Shown: positions 12,811 through 25,985 of the stretch, piece by piece
Position numbering within the stretch: position 1 is the first letter of the stretch
Layout of the letters: each line of letters begins with the position of its first letter
Assembly (NCBI GenBank): GCA_034780895.1
Contig: JAUZTB010000066.1
Location: 11,719,342 to 11,783,341 of the forward strand
Source of the DNA: Rhynchobatus australiae
Lineage: Eukaryota
Length of the DNA: 64,000 nt
Direction of reading: 5' to 3'
Program-made: the position numbers and the translations under genes
The notes under the pieces: model-generated
What the model saw: the letters and a program-made list of their open reading frames with translations, nothing else
Databases searched by the model: none
What the model was told of the DNA's origin: nothing

Positions 12811-13639
12811 CTTTAGAGAGCATTAACTCCTTGATAGGCTCCATCATCCCATCTTCCAGCCACTCTCTGTGATAAACCCGGATAAGGAGCACATGATGTC
12901 TCAAAGATATCCAGCCTGGGAGCACTGTTCACAGCCACATCCCGCCAGCACAGTATGTGCCAAACCACCTGATTTAATTCTCCATTCTTTTTGTCCTCAT
13001 GAGATTGGAGGACGTCAGTTCTGTCTTTGGAATTCTTCCAGTTTCAAGAGTTCACTGTCAGCATCAAGTATCCTCTCCCTCGGTCCAAATTATGCTCGGC
13101 TACACTCTTAGAACTTTTCTGAACAAAAGGATAGTTGCAATTGTTCCCCTTTTCCCTTTCTAATGGTTTGCATCCACTAGAATCTCGACTGAGATTGTCC
13201 AGTTAATTTCATGAAGGTTCCTTGCAGGCACTGGGAAGCTTTCAACCAATTTTCTTGGACTATGTTCTTATCCAAGCTCCAGAGATGAAAAGTTGGTGTC
13301 AAATCCAGTATGCCACCCGTCCAATTGGTTCCCTGTTCATTAACACCAGGCTAGTTCTGGGAGAGGAGGGGCAATTGATGGTGGTGGTGAGAGGGGGTGC
13401 TTGAAGTTCTCTGGAGTTGATGTGGGGGATGTGTGCACAGGGGCATCTGCTCCACTGGTTTTATTCTTCCATCATTAAATTTGTCTGCCAAGAGCTGATA
13501 CAACAAAACGCAGGTATAATTTTCCNNNNNNNNNNNNNNNNNNNNNNNNNNNNNNNNNNNNNNNNNNNNATCTGAGCTGGACTGGGGGGAGAGAACATGC
13601 TCAGAAATTCCCAATAGAAAAATCAAAAACTGCTCTAAA

Positions 13640-13780
13640 GCAAAGTCCAGATGAAGGGTCTCGCCCCAAAATGTCGACCGTCCTTTTCCCTCCACAGATG
13701 CTGCCTGACCCACTGAGTTCCTCCAGCAGTTTGTTTTATGCTCCGGATTCCAGCATCTGCAGTGTCTTGTGTCTCTATTT
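13640..13780 (+). mobile_element. Penelope-like element terminal fragment with a degenerate hammerhead motif
   Basis: gtccagatgaagggtctcgccccaaaatgtcgac...cacagatgctgcctgacccactgagttcctccagcag. Confidence 0.7.
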
Positions 13781-14544
13781 AAAAACTGCTCTCTCTGGTC
13801 TGAAAGTTGGTGCTGGAGTGAAAGTTGGCCTTATTTTGCGCTTTGGACATTGATAAGCAAGGAGCAGGCTAATAATGCTTTGTAATATTTATCACCTTAC
13901 AATGCACATAATCACAGAACACTGTTAGACACCTTTAATGCATTGTCTTTACTGTATTTATACAGAAACAAAATTAAACTATTGTATCGATTATAAACTT
14001 TCTACACCTTTTTTAACCACATGAAAAGAACAGCAACAGAACTCCCCACCATGCGATTAAAGTCATTAACCCCAGTTCACTTGCTGGCCCTTCTTTTATA
14101 TCAATGACAAATGGTTATTGAGAGCTCTGAAGAATGTGAGGGAGATTGTTTAACAATGGACAATAAATCAAATTTACACTGAATATCACAATAGACCTGT
14201 CTCTGGCGCATGAAATGTTTCCAGTGTGTTACTAACACCATTATGTTGCCAGCTAGCTAGCATTTAGATGATCTTGCTTACACCAGCAAATTACAACCAT
14301 CCTATTTGATTAGAGGTCACTCAGCTGTGATTTGGGTTCGGAGATTTCTCTCTCTGCAAAGTTGCTGACCTTTGAGCTGTGGGTGACTGGTGCTGTAGAG
14401 CACTGGACAGCCACTCAACAAAGCCAGATTTTAACTAGATGCTGGCTGCCTTTCAAATTAGGAACACTCTGCAGGAGGGACATGCCTGAGTTTCTTGCTG
14501 TGAGGATATTCCTACCAGGGTGGATCAGGAGCTAGACTGCTTCT

Positions 14545-14862
14545 CACAGAGTGGCACAGCATGCCCTTCTTCCCACTGAGCCCATGCCAACTATCAAGCA
14601 TCTTTTAACACTAATCCCATTTATTCTCCCCATATTACCATCAACCCCCAGATTCTGCCACTCATTTACAGATTATGGCCAAGTTACAGTTACCAATTAA
14701 CCTACCAACCCACATGTTTTGGGATGTGGGAGGAAACCAGAGCATCTGGAGGAAACCCACTTGGTCACAGGGAGAATGTGCAGACTCNNNNNNNNNNNNN
14801 NNNNNNNNNNNNNNNNAGATCAGGATCAAACAGCAGCTCCGTTAGCCGTGCCACTGTGATGC
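14545..14862 (-). mobile_element. HE1 V-SINE
   Basis: gatgtgggaggaaaccagagca...ggaaacccac V-domain on the minus strand. Confidence 0.85.
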
Positions 14863-14934
14863 CCTTCTTTCTTATCCTGCCCCGGCCACTCCTTCAAACT
14901 GCAGGTGAAAGCAATAACGGGAAAACCCTGAGTT

Positions 14935-15240
14935 CTTTATTCATTCACAAAATGTGGATGCCACTGACAATGCCAGAATTAATTCTCTTTTGTTAATTCT
15001 CACTGAACTGAGGAAGAAAATACAAGTCAACCGCACTGGTGGATCTGGGGTGCCACGTCGACCTTCCCTAAGGACTTCAGTGACGCAGATTGGTTTTTAA
15101 TTGCACTCCAATAGTTTAAACATCACAATTACTAATGCTAACTTTTCAAAGTAGATTTTTTTTAATTGCTGTAATTAAATTTCCCACATGTCATGATGGG
15201 ATTCAAACTCATATCTCTGGATTAATGGTCCTGTCCATTG
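14935..15240 (-). mobile_element. SINE family B
   Basis: Reverse complement of the family-B head and tail. Confidence 0.6.
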
Positions 15241-15284
15241 CTCAATGAATTTGGATATGCTGACTGAAGAATAAAAACTAACCT

Positions 15285-15742
15285 TGGTAGGTTTACCAGA
15301 ACAATACCTGCAATCCAAGGTTAAACTTACAAAGGACACTACACCAACGCGGGTAATATTCCATGGAATTTAAAAGTTAAGGGGTATTTTGATTGAAAAT
15401 ATGTGAGGGGGAATTGAGTTGCTGGATGTTTTAGGAGTCCAGATCTGAGGTGGATAATGTAAAATCTTTCAGGAGTAAAAGTAGGAAAATGTATTCCACA
15501 TAGAGACTGGTAGAAATTTAGAACTGTGCTCTGTAAATAAAAATGATTCTTGATCCATTATTAATTTAAAATCTGAGAATAAAGGAATTTTACAATTTAT
15601 GGATATTGAGTAATACAGGGAAATATACTGTGTATATTTAGGGTATGTGCCCAGGGAAATATACCACAAATATGCACTGAATACACTATAGGGCAGAATA
15701 GGCTGAAGGGTTAAACAGTTTATTCCTGTTTCCATGTTCATA
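15285..15742 (+). mobile_element. Old CR1-like 3' fragment
   Basis: gggcagaataggctgaaggg...attcctgtttccatgttc tail. Confidence 0.55.
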
Positions 15743-16829
15743 ACCACTGAGATAACGGATATCGGAATGGTGCAGTGGCAGAGGACATTAATGTATTTTG
15801 CTCTCCAAATGCCCTGAAGGAATGAATTGGTACAAGTTAACAGCAGTTTATAACATTACTCTATTTCCACAAAGCAGGGCACATTATTGAGAATGGGCAA
15901 GAGATACAAGATTGATTATAAATCCTCTGCACCTTTTGCAACGAGTTTAGTTTCAATAGCAGGATGAGTAGAACCAGGTTACTTAATTCAACTAGAAAGT
16001 AATGAACCTCAGTCCAACTGAGAGAGAGCTGTTAGTCTGTTCCCACTGCTTTTATCCAATAATTACATCAGCATGGAAACAGGAATCAAAGTGAATACCT
16101 CAGTAATATTTATATTCAGGGGTTTAGATTTGTGCAGGATAGGTTCTAAATTCTTCTGTGCTTGATTTAAATTTGCTTCTTATTCATTTTATTCTAGTGG
16201 AGTTGCCTATACCAAGGTGCTATTAATAGCTGATGCAAAGAATTCACTGTGTATGTTCAACACTGAGGTTGTGAAAACCAAATCAGTCCTTATTAATTTT
16301 TGAAGTTGTTTGAACGCTTGCAATTTTCTTATGTGACAAACAAAAATCAAAGAATAGGTGAACAAACAATTCTGCTGTTAAGTTCATCCTGGTATGGAAA
16401 ATTTTTAGTCCTTATTACAGCATCAAACAGTCCCGTGAATGATTGCTTCATTTTTGTTTCTGTCACTGGAGACTATTCCAGGTAATGTGACTCCTTGAGG
16501 TAATTCCATCTCTGTGTATGACAAGCACTATTAAAGAGGCTGGCTAACATATAGCCCATATGGTTTTATGGAGACGAGAAATCAGCTGTACAATACTCAG
16601 TTAATCCATATTGCCCACTTTACACCATCAGCCAGAGTTAAAGTGATTTCCCCCACCCCAACATGTCTGTGTTAAAAGTTGCTACTTGGTTTTTGGGCAA
16701 TCATTATTCAAAGAAGTCAACAAACAGAACTGTCATACCAAGACCATGGATGTCCTTAGAGGCTGAGGGCAAGTCACATTGTTGGTAGAGGAGTAGGGAA
16801 AGGCATTATTCCTTTCAGAGTCCAGAGAT

Positions 16830-17198
16830 TGACTCTGATCTCACAATCCACCTTGTTGTGACCTTGCACCTTATTGTCTACCTGCATTGCACTTCCTCGC
16901 TAGCTGTGACACTTTACTCTGTACTGTTATTGTTTTTACCTGTACTACTTCAATGNNNNNNNNNNNNNNNNNNNNNNNNNNNNNNNNNNNNNNNNNNNNN
17001 NNNNNNNNNNNNNNNNNNNNNNNNNNNNNNNNNNNNNNNNNNNNNNNNNNNNNNNGTTTTTACCTGTACTACTTCAATGCACTCTGTACTAACTCAATGT
17101 AACTGCACTGTGTAATGAATTGATCTGTACGAACGGAAGGCAAGACACGTTTGTCACTGTACCTTGGTACAAGTGACAATAATAAACCAATACCGATA
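16830..17198 (+). mobile_element. Rex1/Babar-like LINE 3' UTR
   Basis: Reverse-complement match to the 3' end of the 37285-38012 copy. Confidence 0.75.
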
Positions 17199-18489
17199 TC
17201 ATTATTCCCATCGATTCTTCAACTCTGATTCTTATACTGGGAGTTACCAGCACAAATGTGACCCAGTTCTCAGAGTGACATCACTTAGAATGGGCAAGCG
17301 TGAAATATAATGCCTGGTGTTAGCATCAATGAAAGCAATACAAATGAACAACAGGTAGCGTTCTCTTTAAGGTAAATCTGCTACCAAAATTCACCCGATG
17401 GAAATTGCAGTAAATGCTGTGTTTGGTGGATTATTTCCACCCAAGGGACACCCTCCCCTTCCCTCAAGCAGAAAGAGATCATAAGGACCATGAGGAAAGG
17501 GATCGTCTTGGTGAAGAAAACAAATTTAAGGTAGCAAATTTTGGCTACACTTTTATTTGCTGTTAGCAACAAAAGAGCATTTAAAATTCTCCAGCTAATT
17601 GAGAAAATTTTAAATCTGCCCTATCTGTTGCCTTCAGGCAATTTAGAAGCAACCTTACAGTGTGCTGTCAGCCATGAGAGGCTTTTGGCCTGATGAGGTC
17701 TGTCTTGTAACTCTGTGATGGAACCAATGAAGATCATAACCGGCACGTTGAGGTGTTACTTCTCCACATCCTCCGTATTTAATTGTGTGCTCTATTTAAT
17801 GGCCCAACCTAGTGTTCTTTATAGAGTGATTAGGTCACAGGGGACCAAACTCATGATTCAGTTGAACTCGTTGATTTTTACTTAACAGAGAAATCCCAAT
17901 AAAGGTTATCATCAAGGTTAGAGAGGACATTTACCCAATCAAGAAGTGTCACTTAATTCCTTAATGGCTNNNNNNNNNNNNNNNNNNNNNNNNNNNNNNN
18001 NNNNNNNNNNNNNNNNNNNNNNNNNNNNNNNNNNNNNNNNNNNNNNNNNNNNNNNNNNNNNNNNNNNNNNNCCAACCCACACACATTGGCAAACTCCCCC
18101 TCAGCAGCTGCATCCAAGGGTTTGTTCATGAATGCCAGTGGTTATGTGCTTAAGAACATTAAACAGAGTCATGTTTTGTTTAATTTGTTAATACCTGTAA
18201 AATCCATCTCCAGCTGCCTTGAAATCAATTTATTTTTATGAGGCAGTTCAAGCTGGAGCCCCACCTGCCCCAACATGGAATGCCTTGAGAACAGAATCCC
18301 TTTGTTGACATCTATGTGGGAGTCCAAGACTCCATTCCAGGAGCCACTGCTCACTTCACCCCTCCCCTTATTCCACTATGATTTAAAATAAAATCGTTAT
18401 CAGGATGATGCTGGCTGTCGGTCGAGTCCAGGTATTTTTCCATAAAAAGGAAGGGAATAATTAAGACGAATAATAGACTAAACAGCTCT

Positions 18490-18690
18490 CAAAAAGGCAA
18501 TAAATGGAAACAGGAATAGGCCAAGAAGCCCTTGACCCTGCTCTGCCAATCAGAAAGGTTCATGGCTGATCCAATGCCTCTTTCCAAGCCAGTTCCCATA
18601 TCTTTTGATTCGTTTTGTGTCCAAATATCTATGAATCTCTCCTGTGAATATATTCCACAACCTACAATCCGCAGCACTCTGTGGACAAGA
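18490..18690 (-). mobile_element. CR1-like 3' tail fragment
   Basis: aggaataggcc...catggctgatc. Confidence 0.55.
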
Positions 18691-18779
18691 GAGCTGAATT
18701 CTAAAGGTAAGATGAGAGTGCTTGTCTCAAAATTGAGGCAGTACTTGACTATTCGTGGTATCAAAAAGCCCTTGAATAT

Positions 18780-19775
18780 AGGTCATTGGCTGGAGTGATA
18801 GCACTGAGTAAAATGTCTGTGGTTGTTGAAGATTGATAACTTCAGACCCAGGATATTGCAAAAGACTTCTTCAGACCAATGTCCTCTGTCCCATCACCTT
18901 CAGCTGCTTCATCAATGACCTTCCTTCTACCACAAGGTCTGAAGTGGGAATGCTCACTGGCGATTGTACAAGAGTTCAATTCTATCTGCAAATCCACAGA
19001 ACCAGTCTGTGCTGCATGCTGCCAGATCTGGACAACATTTTGGCATGACCTGAAAATTGGTAAGCAACATTCTTATGATGCGAGAGCAAGGTAATGGTTA
19101 TCTGCAACAAGATATAGATATATAAGATTTATTTATTAGTCACATGTCCATTGAAACACAGTGAAATGCATCTTTTTGTGTTACTGAGAATGTGCTGGGG
19201 GGCAGCCCACAAGTGTTGCCACTCCTCCAGCACCAACATAGCACGCCCACAACTCCTAACCTGTACGTCTTTGGAATGTTGGAGGAAACCGGAGCACCTG
19301 GAGGAAACCCACTCAGACACGGGGAGAACATACAAACTCCTTACAGGCAGCAGCAGGAATTGCACACAGTTCGCTGGCACCATAATAGCATTACGCTAAC
19401 CGCTATGCTACCATGCCACCCCTTGAGTCTCACAATCTCCTCTTGACATTCAATGGTAATACCATCACCAAGTTCACTACTAAAAGCATCCTAGGGAATC
19501 ACCATTGACCACAACCGTAACTGGATCAACTACACTAGAAGAACAATTCAGAGGGTGGGTATCCTATAGCAAGTGGATCACTCCTAACACCCCAGAGCCT
19601 GTCCACAATCTGCAAGGCACAAGTGAAGAGTGTGATAGAATATTCTCCACTTCTCTGGACATATGCAAATCCAGCAACACTCAAAAAGTTAAACACCATC
19701 CAGGATAAAGCAATCATTTGATTAGCATCCTTTCCACCACCTTAAACATTTACTCTCTCCACCATCAGTGCACTG
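18780..19775 (+). mobile_element. CR1/L2-superclade LINE RT fragment interrupted by a V-SINE
   Basis: VLCPITFSCFINDLPSTTRSEVGMLTGDC: degenerate RT motifs 4/5. Confidence 0.8.
19120..19422 (-). mobile_element. Full-length V-SINE variant nested in a LINE
   Basis: Head gggtggcatggtagcatagcggttagcgt (minus strand), V-domain, catgtgactaataaa tail. Confidence 0.85.
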
Positions 19776-19864
19776 TGTGAAAGAATTATCTAACCCTGTC
19801 AAAATAACATCCTATATCTTTTCTCCCTTCCCTATAACTTCATTGATGATGTTAGTGATCTATG

Positions 19865-20535
19865 GATCAGATTTGAAATGGAGTTACTGTTGTAACACAG
19901 CAACAAATGTGATAATGACAAGGTTATTTTTTCATTGGTTGCTAGTAAATATTGCCCAACACTCAACTCAATCCTGCCCTTCTCAAAAATAAGGCTATCA
20001 GAACATCACAACGCAATACTTGCGACAGTGCACTGAGCATTCTCCTTCAGCTTTCCACAGGGATTCATTTTGTATTCATTCACAGGATATGGGTATCAGA
20101 TACAACGCCAGCATTTACTGCCCATCCCAGCTTGTACTTGAGAAGATAGCGATGATCACTTCCTTGATGAGTGAGTGGCCTGCTCGACAAGTTCACAGAG
20201 CAATGTCTGAAGTCACATACAGGCAGATCAGGAAAGGTCAACAGAATCCCATTCCTGAAGGACTTCAGTGAACGAGATAGTTTTGTATGTCAATAGTCAC
20301 CATGTTTTCTACAAACTGTTCATTCCAGATTTATGTAACTGAATTTAAATGCCTCAGCTGCCATGGTGGGATTTGAATTTATGTCTTCAGATCATTAGCC
20401 TGGGCTGCAGGAATGCCATACCAGTAACATAACCACAATAATACAGTACTTATAGATTCTGTGCTCAAGTTACTATGGGGCGGGGGCTATGACTCAGAGG
20501 TGAGAGAGAGCTGCCACTGAGCAACAACTGGCACA
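19865..20535 (-). mobile_element. Deu-domain SINE split by an inserted SINE family B (~20070-20445)
   Basis: Deu body at 19865-20060 and head at 20450-20535 flank a family-B copy. Confidence 0.6.
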
Positions 20536-22609
20536 TAATCAAAAATAAGTGCTTCAAAAACAAAAGGGAACATTTCTAAGGCAAAATATTAGCGTCCTTG
20601 TTTAAAATCTGCCAAGCACCTTGCAGGAAAGCTGTCAGTGAGACACATGCACCAGATTCAGTAAGGAGACTTGCACAAGTAAAAACAATTCTCCACCACT
20701 TAAAACGGTTTTGCTGACTCTACTTTATGGGAAAAGAACAAAAGGTACTTTCATTTGCAAAGTGATCTAACAACACCCTCGGGGGAAGCAGGAACGTGAG
20801 GTCAAAAAGTTGTGACCAGGTTAGCAGTGCAGGGAACAGCAGCCAGGGACAAAAGAACAGAATGTGGAAATGCAAGAGTGAATAACTGGGCATGTTTCTT
20901 TGCTGTAAGATAATAGAACTTACATCAGAACCACACTGTGATGTGAGAGCAACTGCCCTGTTGAATGGATTGGGCGTCACAGTAGGGAAGAGGTCACAAG
21001 TCCACTTAGGCAGGCTAATTGGCAATTATGTGCATATTAAGTATGATAGCCTAAGCAAAAATAATGCCCTCAGAAGTGGTTGCTCCATTATTTCCCCCTT
21101 TACATGGTTCAAAGAGGTGATGGCATATCTGAAATGTTGCGCTGATGGGTAGCAATGTGGTTCTTGGAAAGCATCTAGATGCAGGAGGGGAATGGGGAGG
21201 GGCAGTGATCAATGTGATTGATTTCTGAGGGAGTTGCTTATCACTGCCTTGGAACTAACAGATAGTAAATGAAAATCCCTGTTGTAAATCTTAAAAAACA
21301 GACAAGTGTTAACAAAAGAAATAAAAGTGGTATTTAATTATATGNNNNNNNNNNNNNNNNNNNNNNNNNNNNNNNNNNNNNNNNNNNNNNNNNNNNNNNN
21401 NNNNNNNNNNNNNNNNNNNNNNNNNNNNNNNNNNNNNNNNNNNNAAAGTGGTATTTAATTATATGATTTGTCGATTGCAAAATAGGCCAAATCAGATTCC
21501 TATTAGTGAAAAATTTAATTATAAGAGACAAGGTAATTATGATGATAAATATCAGACACATCGTTTCATGGTAATTTACTGCAGCATATTTCTTGATAAA
21601 TTAGTTGTAGCATTTATACCATAATCTTTGTGATTGCCATCTTAAATTAAACCACCCATGGTTGATGCAGGCAACAGATGAAACATAGAAGATAACCTCA
21701 TTATAAAAGGTGGTGGAACTATGAAAAAGGTTCTCTCCATGGAAGTGAAGGAGAATTTTAAAAAAGGTTCAACTTTCAAAATCTCCAATGAGAATTCACA
21801 GCTGATGGAATGGAACTCTGCAATTATTTTCAGTCCCAAGGTGATTGATTGACAATAAATAATGGTTATCAGTTCATTAGTAGAGAAGTTTCTGTGACAT
21901 GTTCACTTTGACTCTGTCGCACATTTCAACATATTTCAATGGTGCGTCAGTGACGATTTCACAAAGTTAAATTTGGGCAGTGAGCGGCACAGCTTGGGCT
22001 GAAGTTTTGGGGTTTTTAATTTTAACTGTGCACGTCCATCTGTTTGAAGTTAAATATAACAATTGCTACACGCCATACAGAAAATCTTGGCCCATTAGCT
22101 TCTGAGGCAATTCATGCACCTTCCCCCGTTATGAGTCAGACATTTAGATTTATACAGTCAGACTGCACTGTTGTCAACGAGCCAAAAATTAGATAAGAAC
22201 ATGATTACATGTTGACACCATTGTCCAGGAGTTAATCCACAGTGGAAAATGATAATATTGTAGAACTTACCTGTTCTACTCCACTTCCAAAATTCATCCT
22301 CACTGAAATCAATGGGATCAAATTTCAGAAGCTGTGCAGAATGCACTGCACAGTATGATTCCAGGCATGAATGAAAAGACAAATTAATAATAAGTTAAGG
22401 ATGAGGTTTATTGAAAATTTGTTTGCACAATAAACACATGCAAAAAATGTGATGCTCATTGCTTGACTTAATTCTTACAAAGGTTTCTCCTACCACCAGA
22501 TTGTTAAAAAATAAAACATGTAAGGTGGGGTAATATTTAGAAAAATATCAGAAACCTTTGGTTTATATATTTATACCTTCCAGGTGCATGCTCCTGGATT
22601 AAGTTTTAC

Positions 22610-23940
22610 AATAGAACATAGAACAGTGCAGCACAGCACAGCAACAGGTTCTTCAGCCCACAATGTCTGTGCCAAATCATGCGTCTGCACATGGTCTATA
22701 TCCCTCCATTCCTTGCTTGTTCATTTGCATGACTAAATGCCTCTTAAATGTTGCTACTGTATCTACTGCCTCCTCAAATCCCTTATCGGGAGACCACAGT
22801 CAGTGTGGATTGGTAGTAACATCTCCTCCTCGCTGACAATCAACACAGGTGCACCTCAGGGATGCGTGCTTAGCCTACTGCTCTACTCTCTCTACACTCA
22901 TAACTGTGTGGCTAAGCACAGCTCAAGTGCCATCTATAAATTCGCTGATGACACTGCTGTTGTTGGCAGAATCTCAGATGGTGATGAGGAGGCGTACAGG
23001 GGTAAGATAGATCAGCTGATTGAATGGTGTTGCAACAACAACCTCAGGTTGAGCAAGACCAAGGAATTAATTGTGGAGTTCAGGAAGGGGAAGTCAGGAG
23101 AACACACACCAGTCCTCATTGAGGGGTCAGTGGTGGAAAGGGTGAGCAGCTTCAANNNNNNNNNNNNNNNNNNNNNNNNNNNNNNNNNNNNNNNNNNNNN
23201 NNNNNNNNNNNNNNNNNNNNNNNNNNNNNNNNNNNNNNNNNNNNNNNNNNNNNNNNNNNNNNNNNNNNNNNNNNNNNNNNNNNNNNNNNNNNNNNNNNNN
23301 NNNNNNNNNNNNNNNNNNNNNNNNNNNNNNNNNNNNNNNNNNNNNNNNNNNNNNNNNNNNNNNNNNNNNNNNNNNNNNNNNNNNNNNNNNNNNNNNNNNN
23401 NNNNNNNNNNNNNNNNNNNNNNNNNNNNNNNNNNNNNNNNNNNNNNNNNNNNNNNNNNNNNNNNNNNNNNNNNNNNNNNNNNNNNNNNNNNNNNNNNNNN
23501 NNNNNNNNNNNNNNNNNNNNNNNNNNNNNNNNNNNNNNNNNNNNNNNNNNNNNNNNNNNNNNNNNNNNNNNNNNNNNNNNNNNNNNNNNNNNNNNNNNNN
23601 NCCTTGTTATTCCTCTTTTGCACTATTTATTTATTTTTGTAGCTTATAGTAATTTTTATGTCTTGCACTGTACTGCTGCCGCAAAACAACAAATTTCATG
23701 ACAGGTGATAATAAACCTGATTCTGATTTCCCCTGGTAATGCGTTCCAGGTACCTACCACTTATTGTGCAAAAAAACTTGCCTCATAAATCTCCTTTAAA
23801 CATTTCCCCCTCTCACCTCAAAGCTCTGCCCTCTTGTATTCCTACCCTAGGAAAAAGACTCTGATTACCTTGTCTACGATTCTCATAATTTTATATACAC
23901 TTGTGATGTTGCCCCTCAGTTTCCAACACTCCAAAGAAGT
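22610..23940 (-). mobile_element. CR1/HER1-like 3' fragment interrupted by a Rex1 insertion
   Basis: atagaacatagaaca tail at 22611; CR1 sequence resumes at ~23730. Confidence 0.7.
22775..23728 (+). mobile_element. Rex1/Babar LINE, 5'-truncated, with reverse transcriptase
   Basis: TGAPQGCVLS..LYSLYTH.C...KFADDT.VVG.I....E..YR...KTKELIVEFRK; tail aataaacctgattctgatt. Confidence 0.9.
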
Positions 23941-23994
23941 GTTTTCCAAAGAAACAATTCATGTTTGATAGTGTTGCAGGCTTCTAAGACACAG

Positions 23995-24965
23995 GATACA
24001 ACAACAACTTGCCTTTAGATAATACCTTTAATGCAATGAAATAACAGATGGCTTCCATTTTTATGGCATTGCTCTGGTAGCCAAACCTTACCAGGTGCTT
24101 CACAGAAACATTTGCATCAAAATTGATGGCTCTGATTGGCCAGATAAGTAATATTAAGGCAATTGAGCAAAAGCCTGGTTAAAGAGGTTGGACTTAGGAA
24201 ACATCTTAACAAGAAAAAGAGATGGAGAGGCAGAATGGTTTAGGGAGTGAATTCTGGAGCTTAAGACCTTGGCAACTGAAGACAGGGTGGTTAAATTCTG
24301 GGAGAATCAGGGTCAGAATTGGAGCAGTTCCCATGCTTCAGAGGGTTTCAGGGCTGAAGGAGATAACACAAGATGGAGATGGGCAAAACCATGAAGAGAT
24401 TTTACAATCATTGCTTTAGCTACATAGGTTGGCAACCACAGGGGTGATAAGGTCCTGGTGTGAGCGAGGCCATTTGCTGCAGATCTCAGCTTTATAGAGA
24501 GTTGATCAAGGAAGTCCAGTCAAAAGCACACTGGAATAGTCAAGTCTGGTGGTAACAAAAGCATCCCAAAAAAAAATGACACCAAGCCACAGGGAGAAAT
24601 GACAGGGCAAATGGTGGAAGTCTTGGTCAAAATGAAAGGATGTAAACAGCTTCTCATAGGAGGGGAGAGAAATAGAGTGGCAGAGAGCTTTAAGTCAAGA
24701 ATTCCAGAGAATGGAGTCAAGAGAGTTGAAAGCATAGCTACTAATGGTGGAGCAATTAATATAAAGAGATTATAAAAGGCTGGAGTTGGAAGAACTTGGN
24801 NNNNNNNNNNNNNNNNNNNNNNNNNNNNNNNNNNNNNNNNNNNNNNNNNNNNNNNNNNNNNNNNNNNNNNNNNNNNNNNNNNNNNNNNNNNNNNNNNNNG
24901 GAGTTGGAAGAACTTGGAGATCATGGAGGTTCAGAAGATGCTGCAGAAATGGGGAGAGGAGTGGG
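23995..24965 (-). mobile_element. Two adjacent L2-like LINE 3' fragments
   Basis: ggagaggcagaatggtttagggagtgaattctggagc and a similar block at ~24660. Confidence 0.65.
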
Positions 24966-25099
24966 GAATTGACAGAAACAAGTTAATGCAAGATAATGTA
25001 AAAATATATTGATGGCATTCGTGGATTGTTTCTATTGATTTGCTTTCTCTCATTATTTAATATGTTACTGTTATAGTTTTTAAAGGCTCAAATGCAGAA

Positions 25100-25450
25100 A
25101 GAGTAATTGCATTCTACATTTAGAAAGTACTGTATAGCTAACATGCACAGCAAGACTCCATAAACATAAATGGCATGAACAGTTCCTCCATTTCTGGCCT
25201 TGTTTTTGCAGGGAACGCATGTTGCCCAGCACACCAGGGGAGCTCCATGGCATTCTTCAGACTTTGCCATGATTGACCAAGGTTGGAAAACAGGACCATA
25301 GTTTAGCACTTCTTCCAAGGTAAGGCACGTTTCAAAATGGAGCGCCTTTTGTTTGAAGTGTCCACCAGAAGTTGATTGTCTGGTCCATCGAGTAGCCTCA
25401 GGGGTGAAAGTGATACTAAGTGAGCTCAACCAATGCTGAGTCAGAGGGTA
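25100..25450 (-). mobile_element. Degenerate Deu-domain SINE
   Basis: gcacagcaagactcca...ttgcccagcacaccagggga. Confidence 0.5.
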
Positions 25451-25649
25451 AACTTATTATATTTCATTCATTTTTCAGTATGTGTCATGGCCAGCATGAA
25501 TTGGACACATCATGAATAAAAGTTATTGAGGTGGTCTCTTTGACCTGAAACATAAACTGTTTCTTTTTCCACAGATACTGCCTAACCTGCTGTGTGGTTC
25601 CAACATTTTCTGTTTTTATTTTCTCTTATACTGCGATAGACTTAGGCTC

Positions 25650-25985
25650 AAGAGGGGAGTGTGATGGAACATTCTTCACTAGCCTGGATGAGTGCAGCTT
25701 CAACAACACTCAAGAAGCTCAACATCATACAGGACACAGCAGCCCGCTTGTAGGCACCCCATTCACAACCGCTCACTCACCCCACCACCGACACACAGTA
25801 GCAGCAGTTTGTACCATCTACAGGATGCACTACAGCAACTCACCAAGACTCCTTAGACATCACCTTCCAAACTCATGGCCTGTACCAGCTGGAAGGTTAA
25901 GGACAGCCACACACCACACTGACTTGGAAATATATCACTGTTTCTTCATTGTTACTGGGACAAAATCCCAGAACTGTCACAATGC
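25650..25985 (+). mobile_element. CR1/L2-superclade LINE 3' fragment
   Basis: gagtgtgatggaacattcttcactagcctggatgagtgcagc, matching 19630-19770. Confidence 0.75.

Noticed and set aside
22737-23154. Open RT reading frame as a possible domesticated gene
   Set aside because: 5'-truncated Rex1 copy with its own 3' tail, nested in a CR1; no promoter or splice context
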